Virus record (IMG/VR): IMGVR_UViG_3300008255_000098
DNA length: 64,000 bases
DNA from: a virus
Taxonomy: Duplodnaviria > Caudoviricetes
Reading direction: 5' to 3' (one strand)
A model generated the notes under the pieces. That model was not told the origin of the DNA and ran no database searches. It worked only from the letters and a program-made list of their open reading frames with translations. Both the position numbers and the translations under genes were made by a program. Below are positions 20,789 through 31,050 of the stretch, one piece after another. Positions within the stretch are counted from its first letter, which is position 1, and each line of letters begins with the position of its first letter.

Positions 20789-21799
20789 TCATTTTCCACT
20801 GTGCTCTGCACACCATTTTTTAATAATCGGGTGAATTGGCGTTTCAATTTCAACATGATTTATTTTTGAACCATCCCAAGGAGAGTGAAAAATCCAACCA
20901 CCAGTTTCTGTTTTAAGTTTGTGAGCTAGTTTTTTAATTTCCTTTTCTGAGACGTCAGATAAGCTTTTATCAGCAAAAAACGGGTTCCACCCTTCTGGTC
21001 TTTCCTCGTTATATAGCGATAGCCATGAGGCATTCCAAAATTTCTTGAACTTGATAATTTTTTCTTCTATTGAGAACCAAGAAAAATGATAAACCGTGGG
21101 CAAATGTCCCACAACCATATTAAACCAAGTTTGATATTTGTATGCTGCCTCTTTGTTGAAAATTGCTTCTCTTCTAAGATTATCTACCTCTTGTGTAATA
21201 AAGTTACTAGAAACAACTACACTGCCATCGTTCTTGTTTATTAAATCACAACCATCTGTGCCCTGTTTAGCATACAACAAACCGTTTTCTTCTTTTCTTA
21301 GATGCTTAGGAATGCCATGTGTAATTTCTGGTAAATTTTTACTTATTCTCCATTTCCATGGGTTTACATCAATTCTAACTTTATCTTTAGAACCCCAATA
21401 TTCTACCACTGGTAAACAAATAATTGGAGCCTTGTCCATATGTGGGGCAGCATTATTTATTAAATTTTCTACTTTTGGTCGTATCCCTACCTCTGCAATT
21501 TCATCAGCATCTTGTTGCCACAAATAGTCTCCAGTACATTTTGCCCTGGCGATGGCTTTCATCTTACCGTCATAAATTCCATGATTTGGGGCATCCCAAG
21601 GTACTTTTATATGAAAAACTTTTAATTTCTCATTTTGTTCCATTAAATTTTGAAGCACTTCTATAGTGGAATCTGTTCCATCGGAACTATCTGCCACTAC
21701 TACTTCGTCACAAAAAGCTAACATGCTTTTAATTGACTCCTCGAATGGATAATCCATTTCTACCGCATTGCGTGTTGTTGTATAACCACTAATTTTCAT
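20789..21799 (-). CDS. Glycosyltransferase (GT-A fold, GT2-like)
   Basis: FCDEVVVADSSDGTDST, ARAKCTGDYLWQQDADE. Confidence 0.85.
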   Translation of the reverse strand: MKISGYTTTRNAVEMDYPFEESIKSMLAFCDEVVVADSSDGTDSTIEVLQNLMEQNEKLKVFHIKVPWDAPNHGIYDGKMKAIARAKCTGDYLWQQDADEIAEVGIRPKVENLINNAAPHMDKAPIICLPVVEYWGSKDKVRIDVNPWKWRISKNLPEITHGIPKHLRKEENGLLYAKQGTDGCDLINKNDGSVVVSSNFITQEVDNLRREAIFNKEAAYKYQTWFNMVVGHLPTVYHFSWFSIEEKIIKFKKFWNASWLSLYNEERPEGWNPFFADKSLSDVSEKEIKKLAHKLKTETGGWIFHSPWDGSKINHVEIETPIHPIIKKWCAEHSGK

Positions 21800-21809
21800 T
21801 ATATTTCTT

Positions 21810-22700
21810 TCATGGACAATGAGTTGTGCCTTTGAAACTACACCACATACAAGACATTTTATTTTTACTCACTCTTCCAGACATAATTTGATTTAAAGCA
21901 GATTGTAATTGTATGCTTGCTTTTTCTAATGCTTTTGGACCAACAGATACTAAAAGCATTTCTATTCTTGAGCCGTCTTTATTTGGTCTGCGTTTGAGAA
22001 ACACCCACCCGGTTTTAACATTTTCGACTGGAATACCAGTCTTTTGACACCAGAATTTTTTATAAAGTATCAATTGTAGTTGTTTATTGAACGAACGTTT
22101 TTGTTTTGCTTGCCAACCCCAAGAAGTAGTCTTCCAATCTAACATATAATAGACATATTCTCCGGGTATAATTTCTCCTTTAAGACCACTTAAAGTAGTT
22201 TTTCTTCTTGGCTTTCTTTTAGGAACTTTGATTACTAAGTCAATAAAGCCCTTAAACCATTTATTAGTTTGCCCTGGGATATACTCAAATAAATCTTCTT
22301 CTGCTGACACGAGCTGCCAACCAGGAAATTGCTCATCTAAAAATAAAGGAACTTGCCTAAGAATTTCTGGAATAACATCAATAAACTCTTTTGCGTCTTT
22401 TGACGTTACTTCTTCTTTTGTAAAAAGAAATTTTTCTAATCGTTCTTTGAAATCAGCTTCACAAGTTTCAACAGATGGTTGATTCCCAGTCAATACATAT
22501 TGTTCTAAAGCAGTATGTACGGCATTACCGAATGCCGTATGTATAGACCCTGCAAATGGATCTAATTTTTTGATATGTTTTAACTTATGTCTAAAAGAAC
22601 ATTCTAAAAATTCAAACAACTCTGAGTAACTAATATGAAATTTACCTGTTGGTAATAAGTAAGGATCTTCAAAGAGCTTTAACTGATTATTTTCGTTCAT
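21810..22700 (-). CDS. PD-(D/E)XK exonuclease, Cas4/RecB-like
   Basis: ISYSE...EC, GNAVH, KGFIDL, LDWKT, QLILY, CMWCSFKGTTHC. Confidence 0.88.
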   Translation of the reverse strand: MNENNQLKLFEDPYLLPTGKFHISYSELFEFLECSFRHKLKHIKKLDPFAGSIHTAFGNAVHTALEQYVLTGNQPSVETCEADFKERLEKFLFTKEEVTSKDAKEFIDVIPEILRQVPLFLDEQFPGWQLVSAEEDLFEYIPGQTNKWFKGFIDLVIKVPKRKPRRKTTLSGLKGEIIPGEYVYYMLDWKTTSWGWQAKQKRSFNKQLQLILYKKFWCQKTGIPVENVKTGWVFLKRRPNKDGSRIEMLLVSVGPKALEKASIQLQSALNQIMSGRVSKNKMSCMWCSFKGTTHCP

Positions 22701-22735
22701 ATTTTATTTCCTAGAACTGTTGTAAGACATTTCAG

Positions 22736-23686
22736 TTATCTTCTAAACCCGAATTCGCAGCTGGCCTGGAACTCCCCTAAATTAATTGCATTTGAATACG
22801 AAAACGCACTTTGCAGTCCACCTTTAATTTCTTGTACCAACTGTTTAACTGAAACCTTCTGTTCAACTTCCATTGTTTTTCCCTCTGGGGTTGGCAAAAA
22901 ATCTACGTCTCGAATCATCTTCATTGCATCTTTAGAAGCCATTCCTCTATATACTCCAGGCAATGGTGACTCAACGCAAGACGCAAACATTCTTCCAGAC
23001 ATAACAAAATCAGCGCCTGCCCCTAAAGCTTTGGCAATATCACCAATTTCTCTAACACCGCCGTCTGCGATTACTGTTATTGGGGTATTAACTGAATCTG
23101 CGGCACGAACACAATTTTTAATTGCAGTAAATTGCGGGACAGTAACGCCAGTAACATTTTTTGTTAGGCAAGCTGCTCCGGGTCCAATCCCGCATTTTAT
23201 TGCCTGAACTCCCCAAGAAATAAGATCCACAGCGCCTTGGTGCGTGGCAACATTTCCCCCAATAATAAAAATATCTTTGAATTCATGGTTAAGCCACTTT
23301 ACCATATTTTCCATTAACTCAGAATGTCCATGAGCAATATCTACAATAAAATATCTAGCTCCAACGTCATACAAAGCTTTCGCTCGTTCTTTTGAATCGC
23401 TATTTACTCCAATAGAAACAAGTGTTATTCTGCCACTAGCGGCTTTATATTCTTTAATATTTTGTTCTATACTCATAAATCTGTGAATAGCTCCGAGCCC
23501 GCCAGCATCTGCTACCGCCATAGCCATTTTACCGTCAGTAACAGAATCCATATTCGCAGAAATTATAGGCACATCAATTCTATTTTGTTTTAATAATGGG
23601 TCTAAAACAGATGACGTATCAACCATAGAACGAGTTGTTACAGTTGAATATTTTGGAACAATATAAACATCACTAAATTCGAACAT
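22736..23686 (-). CDS. IMP dehydrogenase / GMP reductase family, no CBS domains
   Basis: ISANMDSV, GLGAIHRF, VDIAHGHS, GIGPGAACLT, IADGGVREIGDIAKALGAGA, YRGMAS. Confidence 0.9.
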   Translation of the reverse strand: MFEFSDVYIVPKYSTVTTRSMVDTSSVLDPLLKQNRIDVPIISANMDSVTDGKMAMAVADAGGLGAIHRFMSIEQNIKEYKAASGRITLVSIGVNSDSKERAKALYDVGARYFIVDIAHGHSELMENMVKWLNHEFKDIFIIGGNVATHQGAVDLISWGVQAIKCGIGPGAACLTKNVTGVTVPQFTAIKNCVRAADSVNTPITVIADGGVREIGDIAKALGAGADFVMSGRMFASCVESPLPGVYRGMASKDAMKMIRDVDFLPTPEGKTMEVEQKVSVKQLVQEIKGGLQSAFSYSNAINLGEFQASCEFGFRR

Positions 23687-23700
23687 GTTTTTCCTTTTTT

Positions 23701-24039
23701 TTAAAAATCATATAAAATATGGCAGTTTAAACAACGATATTTTGTTTTTGTCCATACAGGAGACGTACTACCTAAAATTAGGCTAGTGTGAAATAACTCA
23801 AAAATACTCTCAATTTCATCTTTACATACGAGACATTTTTTATCAATTTTTGATCCACGAGTTTTTTCATCTATTTGATAATCACCAGGCAAATATTTTA
23901 TATTTTCAATTGTAGATTCTGATTTTTCCAGTGAAAAATTGGCTTCTTTTATTAAAGACTGACTATCTCGAAGCTCTAGTTCCTGTGCAGAGTCAAAAAC
24001 ATCAACAAATCTATTTTCAATTTCTTTTTTCTTTTTCAT
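23701..24039 (-). CDS. Hypothetical protein with two CxxC motifs
   Basis: CLVC...CLNC. Confidence 0.55.
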   Translation of the reverse strand: MKKKKEIENRFVDVFDSAQELELRDSQSLIKEANFSLEKSESTIENIKYLPGDYQIDEKTRGSKIDKKCLVCKDEIESIFELFHTSLILGSTSPVWTKTKYRCLNCHILYDF

Positions 24040-24937
24040 TTAGAATTATTTCCCAAAAATATTTAGGTCTAGTTTTTAGATAGTTTTCACAGTCTTCAAT
24101 GGAACCCGTAAACCAATCTTCCTCCCGCATTTGTACATTCTCGTTTAGTATACTTTCTAGACCTAAAAGTTTGGACTCTATTACGTACCTTGGTGCAGTA
24201 TCATATCCGGCTGGTAAAAATACTATTCCCTTATATTCTGAGAGCTTCTCTAAAAACTTTTCATGTTCAAGCCCACCAAGACGTTCATATTTTATTTTAT
24301 GGCCCTCACAGTATTTTATCGTTTGCGCCTCGGCTTTAATCCATGAACCACCAGCAAGAACTACCCAAGTGTCAGAAGAAGTGTTTTTGTTTTGCAATCG
24401 CAGATTTCTAATTTTTTCTAATGTGGAATTTTTGAATGTAGAAGATTGCACAGAAAAATTTGAACATTCAAATTGTGGAAATTTGTTAATATAAATTTCC
24501 ATTTGATTTTTTGACATAAAGAATACATGTTGCGCTTTTTGGAAAATTTTCCTAATAAAAAATCCATATTTTTGCGTGTGACAGTTGCATTCAATTTTTT
24601 CTTGTATTTTATGTAAATGGCTAGAACGAAATTTACAGTATTTATAGTCACATTCAATAATAGAAAATTTCACTTCATTAGTCACTAAAGTGATTAAACT
24701 TTCGTGTGACATATTAGAAAAATTCCCCAATATCCAATATTTGTCCTTATTTTTTTCTATTAACTGTTCAGTGACAGAGCTTGAATGTAACTTGAATATT
24801 TTTCCTGGGCATTCCTCAAGAATTGCTTCTAAAGTAAGTTCAGCGCCGCCAATATAATTTTCTGCGAATAAATCAGAAACAATTATATAATCAACGTTTT
24901 TTGGAATATAAAACACATTAGGAAATTGGTTAAACAT
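24017..24937 (-). CDS. Glycosyltransferase-like protein (GT-B/GT4-like)
   Basis: GGAELTL near the N-terminus; GIVFLPAGYDTAPRYVIESKLLG near the C-terminus. Confidence 0.65.
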   Translation of the reverse strand: MFNQFPNVFYIPKNVDYIIVSDLFAENYIGGAELTLEAILEECPGKIFKLHSSSVTEQLIEKNKDKYWILGNFSNMSHESLITLVTNEVKFSIIECDYKYCKFRSSHLHKIQEKIECNCHTQKYGFFIRKIFQKAQHVFFMSKNQMEIYINKFPQFECSNFSVQSSTFKNSTLEKIRNLRLQNKNTSSDTWVVLAGGSWIKAEAQTIKYCEGHKIKYERLGGLEHEKFLEKLSEYKGIVFLPAGYDTAPRYVIESKLLGLESILNENVQMREEDWFTGSIEDCENYLKTRPKYFWEIILNEKEKRN

Positions 24938-24971
24938 AAAGAAATTTTATGCATATTATGATTATGTGTTT

Positions 24972-24999
24972 AAAAAAAAATAGAGGAACAAGTCCTCTA
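24972..24999 (-). terminator. Intrinsic terminator
   Basis: TAGAGGA/TCCTCTA hairpin followed by T9 on the minus strand. Confidence 0.55.
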
Positions 25000-25024
25000 C
25001 TTTGAAAATAATAATTTATGAAAC

Positions 25025-25876
25025 TTATTCTAGTATAGAATTCATTTCTGTATTTTCCTCACAAGCAAATGATGTGAATAGTGCTTTTAGTTGAGTTGTT
25101 GAGTATTTGTGATCATACTCGAATGTATTTTCATAGCCTTCTATTGGAATAAAATTCAACTTAGTTGCTAAATGTTTAACACTTACAAGTTCCTTTTTAT
25201 CGCCATCCCAATATTCTTTAGAATTTAAAATTACACAATAGGTGTCATTTACATAACCAAAAGAGTGATAACACTCTGGAAATTCCACTGTTTTCTCAAT
25301 ATTAGTTTCAATATCTTTTTCTGAATTAGATTCTTCTTCGGAATCTTGGGCTTGTAGATTTGCAACAATTTTTTCGGCTGTTGTCGTTTCTTCCTCATCA
25401 TCCGAGTGAATTTTAATTGTCCACTCTTGCTCAGTTGGTGCTCCAAATGGCTTATCGTCTCTATATAGAATTTCTGCCATATTTAGAGAAAGACCAATAG
25501 AAATGTCTTGAAAAGAAATCTCTTCTATTTCTTTGGTATAGAAATTCTTACATTCCATATAGTCAGAGTCTTTTACAATTTTTTCTACTAAATACATATT
25601 CGAAGAAAATCCTGGAATAGGACCATCGGTTCCTCTAAATATTCCTAACCCAATTACATCCTTGACCATAATCGCATCATATAATTCTACAGTTTCCTCT
25701 TCATTTAAGATTAGCTTTCCTTCAAGCATGTCATTCCTTTCACTAGGAGATAAGATCGTAATTAACTTTCTTCCAGCGTCAATGACCTCATGTGTTGCTC
25801 TACACGGATACCTAACATCATTAGGGTGATTTTTAATCGCTGTTTTAATTGTATGCTCGGTAACTTTCATAGTCAT
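25025..25876 (-). CDS. Hypothetical acidic protein
   Basis: ORF track. Confidence 0.65.
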   Translation of the reverse strand: MTMKVTEHTIKTAIKNHPNDVRYPCRATHEVIDAGRKLITILSPSERNDMLEGKLILNEEETVELYDAIMVKDVIGLGIFRGTDGPIPGFSSNMYLVEKIVKDSDYMECKNFYTKEIEEISFQDISIGLSLNMAEILYRDDKPFGAPTEQEWTIKIHSDDEEETTTAEKIVANLQAQDSEEESNSEKDIETNIEKTVEFPECYHSFGYVNDTYCVILNSKEYWDGDKKELVSVKHLATKLNFIPIEGYENTFEYDHKYSTTQLKALFTSFACEENTEMNSILE

Positions 25877-26168
25877 ATAATACCTATATTTCTTAATTGT
25901 TAATTTAAGTGTCTTAATTAGAATAACACATTAGAATATAATGTAAATCATATATTAAATACTAATATATTTGTGTAGTAACATGTTGTTTTACTACAGT
26001 TTGAGTTTAAAATATAAACTTAAAGATGTCTACCCCAGAGAATATCTAAATATCTGAAACCAGATCACTTTTAATTTACTGAATAAAATTCCCAAACAAA
26101 TTCAACATTTTTAATATAAAATACACTGAAATTAATTTTGCTTTAACTTTGTTATTGTTATTATGCAG

Positions 26169-27869
26169 TTAATTCTTGAACATCCAAGAAAATTGAGACC
26201 AAAACGGGGAATTGTAATCATGTGTTCCTGAATTTGCGTGACTTGCCATAGACCTATTTTTTTCTAAGAAATCTGATAAGCTTCCATCCGTCATAATTGG
26301 AGACCCGGCATTTTGTTCGCCCTGTGGGTTATCCGTAGCACTGAATATTTTAGTAGATACAGACATTCCGGCAAGCATTGCCTTAGCAATCTCGTCACTG
26401 TCGTATACCACAGCTCCTCCAGCATCAAACAAAGAGTTACCAATTGCTAAAGCCATAATAAGATCATCATTATAACCTTTTTGTGCAGATAATTTGTTAT
26501 TTTTTTTCCAGATATAAGTTTGTAATTCAGCATATAAACGTTCTGAATATACTGCAATTCTTTTATTTCTCAATACGTCTTCTAATTTTGCCAGAATCTC
26601 AGTTTTGCTTTTTTGTGTAGTTTCAAAACCAGGAATTTCATTTTTCATTTCCATGGTGGAATATACCATATATACGTTTTTATGCATTTTATGATAATAT
26701 AAATTCGGGTAATTCATTTCTTTTAATTTTAGGCAAGCTGGTAATCCTACGGAATTTCTTTCTGGGCAAATCATGGCTACATTATATCTAAGACCGACTA
26801 CAGCTAGCATTTCTCCAAATTTGTCTGGAGGGATTTTTCCTTTATATTCTGCAACGACTTCATCAGAGTCGGTATCAATAACGTGGAATGCGGAAAAGTC
26901 CTCAGCGTCGCCACGTGAAATATCAGCAGAAATTATATATTTATGTTCAGAAACTGGGTGTACCCAAATCCACATATCTTTTTTAACAGTCCACTCGGGA
27001 CCCCAAAAAGCAATTGGCTTTTTGATTCTTTTAAAGATATTATCCATTACCTCAGCACGTAGAAAGGTATCTCCAGAAGAAGCAAAGGAGCACAATAATT
27101 CCATTGCGACGCCCCGTTCGCCTTTTGCTTCGACAATAGCCTTTTTTTGTTCTTCAAACCAAGTCTGATCTCTTTCAGGATGGACAGTCCACATTAATTC
27201 TAACGGTACAAAATCACTTTCTCCGTCTTTTGCTTTTTTCCATACCCTGTGGAAAAAGTTTCCAACACCAGCTGGTGTTGAAATTAGTATAGCGGAACCA
27301 CCTGTGGACAAGGTTGGATAAAGTGCCAACCATAGTTCTTCAATGCCTTCAACGTGTGCGGCCTCATCTACGATTAACATAGATAATGCGCTACCTCGAA
27401 ATGCGTTTTGAGAAGTTGCACTAGCTTCGATACGTGAACCATTTGAAAATTCTAAATGTGATTTAGAATCTCCAACAATTTCTGGCATAATCATCCACTT
27501 TGGCAAGCTTCCTAACATGTCTTTGACTTTTCTAATAAAAAGCTGAGCGGTTTTAAGTTGTGTAGCAATTACACCAATATTTTTTTGTTTTTGAAAAATA
27601 GCCATCCAAAGACAAAATGCTGCGGAAATTGTTGAAAGTCCCAACTGTCTTGATTTATTTACGATTACAAATCGGTTGTCTTGAAAAACATCAAGACAAT
27701 TATCCTGGAATGGGAAAGTATCAAATTTCACCATTCCTTTCATTGGATGTGAAATTTGAACATAGTTGTTTATAAAATATTTCGCATCCGACCCACAGGA
27801 CATAATTTCTTGGAGTTGAATCTTTTTTGAAGGCGCTGTACTTCTTTTAGTTTTCTTTATTCTAGCCAT
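26169..27869 (-). CDS. terL: Terminase large subunit (T4 gp17-like)
   Basis: IVNKSRQLGLST, LIVDEAAH, ISTPAG, SADISRGDAEDFSAF, GYNDDLIMA. Confidence 0.95.
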   Translation of the reverse strand: MARIKKTKRSTAPSKKIQLQEIMSCGSDAKYFINNYVQISHPMKGMVKFDTFPFQDNCLDVFQDNRFVIVNKSRQLGLSTISAAFCLWMAIFQKQKNIGVIATQLKTAQLFIRKVKDMLGSLPKWMIMPEIVGDSKSHLEFSNGSRIEASATSQNAFRGSALSMLIVDEAAHVEGIEELWLALYPTLSTGGSAILISTPAGVGNFFHRVWKKAKDGESDFVPLELMWTVHPERDQTWFEEQKKAIVEAKGERGVAMELLCSFASSGDTFLRAEVMDNIFKRIKKPIAFWGPEWTVKKDMWIWVHPVSEHKYIISADISRGDAEDFSAFHVIDTDSDEVVAEYKGKIPPDKFGEMLAVVGLRYNVAMICPERNSVGLPACLKLKEMNYPNLYYHKMHKNVYMVYSTMEMKNEIPGFETTQKSKTEILAKLEDVLRNKRIAVYSERLYAELQTYIWKKNNKLSAQKGYNDDLIMALAIGNSLFDAGGAVVYDSDEIAKAMLAGMSVSTKIFSATDNPQGEQNAGSPIMTDGSLSDFLEKNRSMASHANSGTHDYNSPFWSQFSWMFKN

Positions 27870-27875
27870 TGATAG

Positions 27876-28274
27876 TTATTTTACTTGGATTAATGCAGTA
27901 ACACGATAAAATCCTCTTGTGAGTGCAGAATATTGTGACACATGAATTATTTCTGTACTCTCGCTAAAAGAGTCGTCGTCCATGACTAAACTTATTTTTT
28001 CATCATATTGAGCCTTGTAATCTTCAGCGGCTCTTTCTAGTGCGCCTTTTATCATAGCTAGTGCTTCTTCTCTGTGTTTTCTTTGTAGTTCCATCCTCAT
28101 CTTATCTGAGCGATAGGTAACTGTCATAATGCACATAGCTTTTATTAGTTCACTGTCAATAGCTTTAAGTGTTACGTTCATTCCGTTGATGTGTTGGTGA
28201 CCAGGACCATCAGATCCAAAAGTAGAGTTTAAAACCTGTGATAGTCTTATTAATTTTTTATAGTCTTTTTCCAT
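27876..28274 (-). CDS. Hypothetical protein
   Basis: ORF track; immediately upstream of terL. Confidence 0.6.
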   Translation of the reverse strand: MEKDYKKLIRLSQVLNSTFGSDGPGHQHINGMNVTLKAIDSELIKAMCIMTVTYRSDKMRMELQRKHREEALAMIKGALERAAEDYKAQYDEKISLVMDDDSFSESTEIIHVSQYSALTRGFYRVTALIQVK

Positions 28275-28317
28275 AGTACCTTCTTATTACTAATTAGCAA
28301 CAAAATATAAAAATAAT

Positions 28318-28629
28318 TTATTTGAGTTCAAGTATTGGTTTTTCTAGGATATTTCGAGTGTTAATATAGTCTTCCCATTCCTTGGAAAGTTTATCTGGGC
28401 CTGTAGGCCAAACAATATTTGGTTTATTGGTCCACCTTTCATCACATTTATTACATATTTTATTCTTGCGATATGCAAGACTATCGTCGATTGTTTTCAT
28501 TGGTCTTAAACAACACTGACAAAACAAAGGAACAATATTTTCTACATCTGTTGTAGTTATTACTATAACTTTTCCTTTATTCATAAGTTTAATTTTTTTA
28601 CCGTTTGCGGTTTCTACCCATTTGTTCAT
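28318..28629 (-). CDS. Hypothetical protein with Cys motifs
   Basis: CQCC...CNKC. Confidence 0.55.
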   Translation of the reverse strand: MNKWVETANGKKIKLMNKGKVIVITTTDVENIVPLFCQCCLRPMKTIDDSLAYRKNKICNKCDERWTNKPNIVWPTGPDKLSKEWEDYINTRNILEKPILELK

Positions 28630-28658
28630 ATACTTGATTTTAGAGGTACTATTTATAT

Positions 28659-30260
28659 ATGTTTATGGAAAAAAATAAAATCGAAATTTTAGTAGAAGAA
28701 GTCGTTGACGACCTATTAGCGAAAAAACTCGTAAAGAAGAAATCTAAACGTAAAAAAATCGATAAATTATCATATGAATACGTATATTATCTTAAAAGGA
28801 AAGACCCGGCTCTTTTTGAATTATTAGCGGCACAAGCGAGATTCATAATTGCTGCTGTTGAGAATGGCTACTCTCCAAAGGATAAAATTATATCACTTAA
28901 TAAATTCCTAAAAATGGATAAAAAGTTAGATCCAAGAGACAGTGCTGATACCCATGGGGTAAAGTTAGTTTTAGATTATCTTGTTAGACAGCAAAAGATT
29001 AAAGATCCTGGAGAATTTGCAGGTAAGACAAAACGTTGGTATCAGGCAGCACTCGATGCTGTTTTGAGAGCTACATATGAAAAAAAACCAATCAAGGTTT
29101 CCAAGGAACAAGTTACATATAATAAAAAAAAGTTAAATGAATCGAGTGCAGTTCATAAATCATTTTATTTGGATTTGCCAGACGATCTACTAAGGGTGTC
29201 AGACATTTTTAAAAGCCATGGATACCAACTGTTTGTTGTTGGTGGCGCTGTTAGAGATGCTCTTATAGGAAAAGCACCAAAAGACTATGACCTTGCTACA
29301 AATGCAAAACCAGATGAAATTTTACAAATGTTCAATGGGGCTCCTGGCTTCCGCACATTAGAAGTTGGAAAAGCTTTTGGAGTTATTAATGTTTATACAA
29401 AAGAAAATAATGAATATGAAATTGCCACTTTTAGACGAGATTTAAGTGCCGGTCGTCGCCCCGATGCCGTTGAATTTACGACAATTGAAAATGATGTACA
29501 GCGCAGAGACCTAAGTATAAATGCACTGTTTTATGATATTCAGAAACAAGAAATTGTAGATTTTGTTGGTGGAATTGAAGATCTTAAAAACGGAATTGTT
29601 AAATCTGTTGGAGACCCAAAAGAACGGTTTGCGGAAGACCGACTGAGAATATTACGTGCCCTTCGTTTTGCTGCTCGCATGGGAACAGAGTTAGACACAA
29701 ATACTAGAAATGCAATTCTTGAAGATAACTCTTTATCTGGAGTTTCTCCAGAGAGGATTAGAGATGAGTTTTTGAAAAGTATTAAAAGTGCCAAATCGGT
29801 TGTTTCCTTGATGAAACTTTATGATACATTTGATTTATGGCCACAGGTTTTTCCTAATTTAAGAATAAATAAAGATTATCCAGAAACAAAAAATATACCT
29901 GTGCTTTTAGCTTTATTGTTACGAGAAAACAATCCTAAAAATTTAGGTAAAAACTTAAATAAGTTAGTGTATAGTGTTGTTGAAACAAAACAAGTGGTAT
30001 TTTTAGTTATGTTTCAAGAAATATCGCTCACTAATGCTTATCAACTTAAAAAGTTATTTTCTTCTACAAGACTTACAAACTCAGACCTTCTGGAATTTGG
30101 GGAAGAAAATAAAAATATTGATATGAAATTAGTAAGTGCTTTTACAAAATATGATCTATCTGTCAGTGGACAAGATTTATTAGATTTAGGACTTAAAGGT
30201 AGAGAACTAGGCCAAGAACTAGAACGTCGTGAAAACTCTTTATTTATGGATTTGGTATGA
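28659..30260 (+). CDS. cca: Class II tRNA nucleotidyltransferase (CCA-adding / poly(A) polymerase family) with about 160-aa N-terminal extension
   Basis: VGGAVRD...KDYDLAT, EIATFR, DVQRRDLSINAL, EDRLRILRALRF, SPERIRDEF. Confidence 0.92.
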   Translation: MFMEKNKIEILVEEVVDDLLAKKLVKKKSKRKKIDKLSYEYVYYLKRKDPALFELLAAQARFIIAAVENGYSPKDKIISLNKFLKMDKKLDPRDSADTHGVKLVLDYLVRQQKIKDPGEFAGKTKRWYQAALDAVLRATYEKKPIKVSKEQVTYNKKKLNESSAVHKSFYLDLPDDLLRVSDIFKSHGYQLFVVGGAVRDALIGKAPKDYDLATNAKPDEILQMFNGAPGFRTLEVGKAFGVINVYTKENNEYEIATFRRDLSAGRRPDAVEFTTIENDVQRRDLSINALFYDIQKQEIVDFVGGIEDLKNGIVKSVGDPKERFAEDRLRILRALRFAARMGTELDTNTRNAILEDNSLSGVSPERIRDEFLKSIKSAKSVVSLMKLYDTFDLWPQVFPNLRINKDYPETKNIPVLLALLLRENNPKNLGKNLNKLVYSVVETKQVVFLVMFQEISLTNAYQLKKLFSSTRLTNSDLLEFGEENKNIDMKLVSAFTKYDLSVSGQDLLDLGLKGRELGQELERRENSLFMDLV

Positions 30261-30457
30261 ACTCCGAAAATGATTTTAAGCAAAAAGCTAGAGCTAGAGA
30301 AGCCTTGTTAAAGTCTGCACATTTTGCCCACCGTCAAGGAGTTGCTCAAGACTTTTGGATGAAGCACCCTGACATCCAAAAGATCAAGTTTGATTTTAGA
30401 CTTAGAGATGACATTCTCCTGCATATTGCAGCTTTTGTTTGGACATTTTCAAAGTAA
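30257..30457 (+). CDS. Hypothetical protein
   Basis: ORF track; overlaps the cca stop codon. Confidence 0.5.
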   Translation: MNSENDFKQKARAREALLKSAHFAHRQGVAQDFWMKHPDIQKIKFDFRLRDDILLHIAAFVWTFSK

Positions 30458-30518
30458 AAAAATATTTATTTGCGAAATTTAGGTTTACAATAATGTTTTA
30501 TGTGTTATTTTAATAATC

Positions 30519-30746
30519 ATGAAATTAACAAAAAAATTTAAAAATATTTTCCACCCAAAAAGAATGTTTAAAGTTAACTTATTTGGAGTTCTATTAAATG
30601 TGGTTTTAGCTATTATCTCTGTGCTACTTGGACTTCACAAAGAATTTATGGAAATATTTGTTCTTTCTGGATTTTGTTTTTTCATTGGGCTAACTGCCAA
30701 TATGTGGCTATTTCTTAAAGAAGAGAGAGAAAATAAAATAAAATGA
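30519..30746 (+). CDS. Small two-TM membrane protein
   Basis: Two hydrophobic segments. Confidence 0.55.
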   Translation: MKLTKKFKNIFHPKRMFKVNLFGVLLNVVLAIISVLLGLHKEFMEIFVLSGFCFFIGLTANMWLFLKEERENKIK

Positions 30747-31009
30747 AAATTCGGACGTACAAATCACATATGAAAATGGCATTAGCTTGGTATACAAATG
30801 AACTGTATAGAAATCACGTAAACACATTTTTGACTGCTGCTAGAATTGAAGTAATTAGAAGAAATTTGTTTGAACTTCAAAAACTACAACAAACAAGAGA
30901 AACAAACCCAGTTTGGGGTGTTCCAGTAGAAATATCAGTTAATTTAGATGCAGGGCAATTTGAAGTAGTTGTTTCTGACGAAAATAGTGTTTTATATCTA
31001 GATTTTTAA
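30743..31009 (+). CDS. Hypothetical protein
   Basis: ORF track. Confidence 0.5.
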   Translation: MKIRTYKSHMKMALAWYTNELYRNHVNTFLTAARIEVIRRNLFELQKLQQTRETNPVWGVPVEISVNLDAGQFEVVVSDENSVLYLDF

Positions 31010-31050
31010 TTTATAATTTATACACTTAAATCACATGAAAAGGTTGGTAG

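Noticed and set aside
25880-26165. AT-rich intergenic stretch as a replication origin
   Set aside because: No iterons or DnaA-box arrays were seen; AT richness alone is not informative in this genome.
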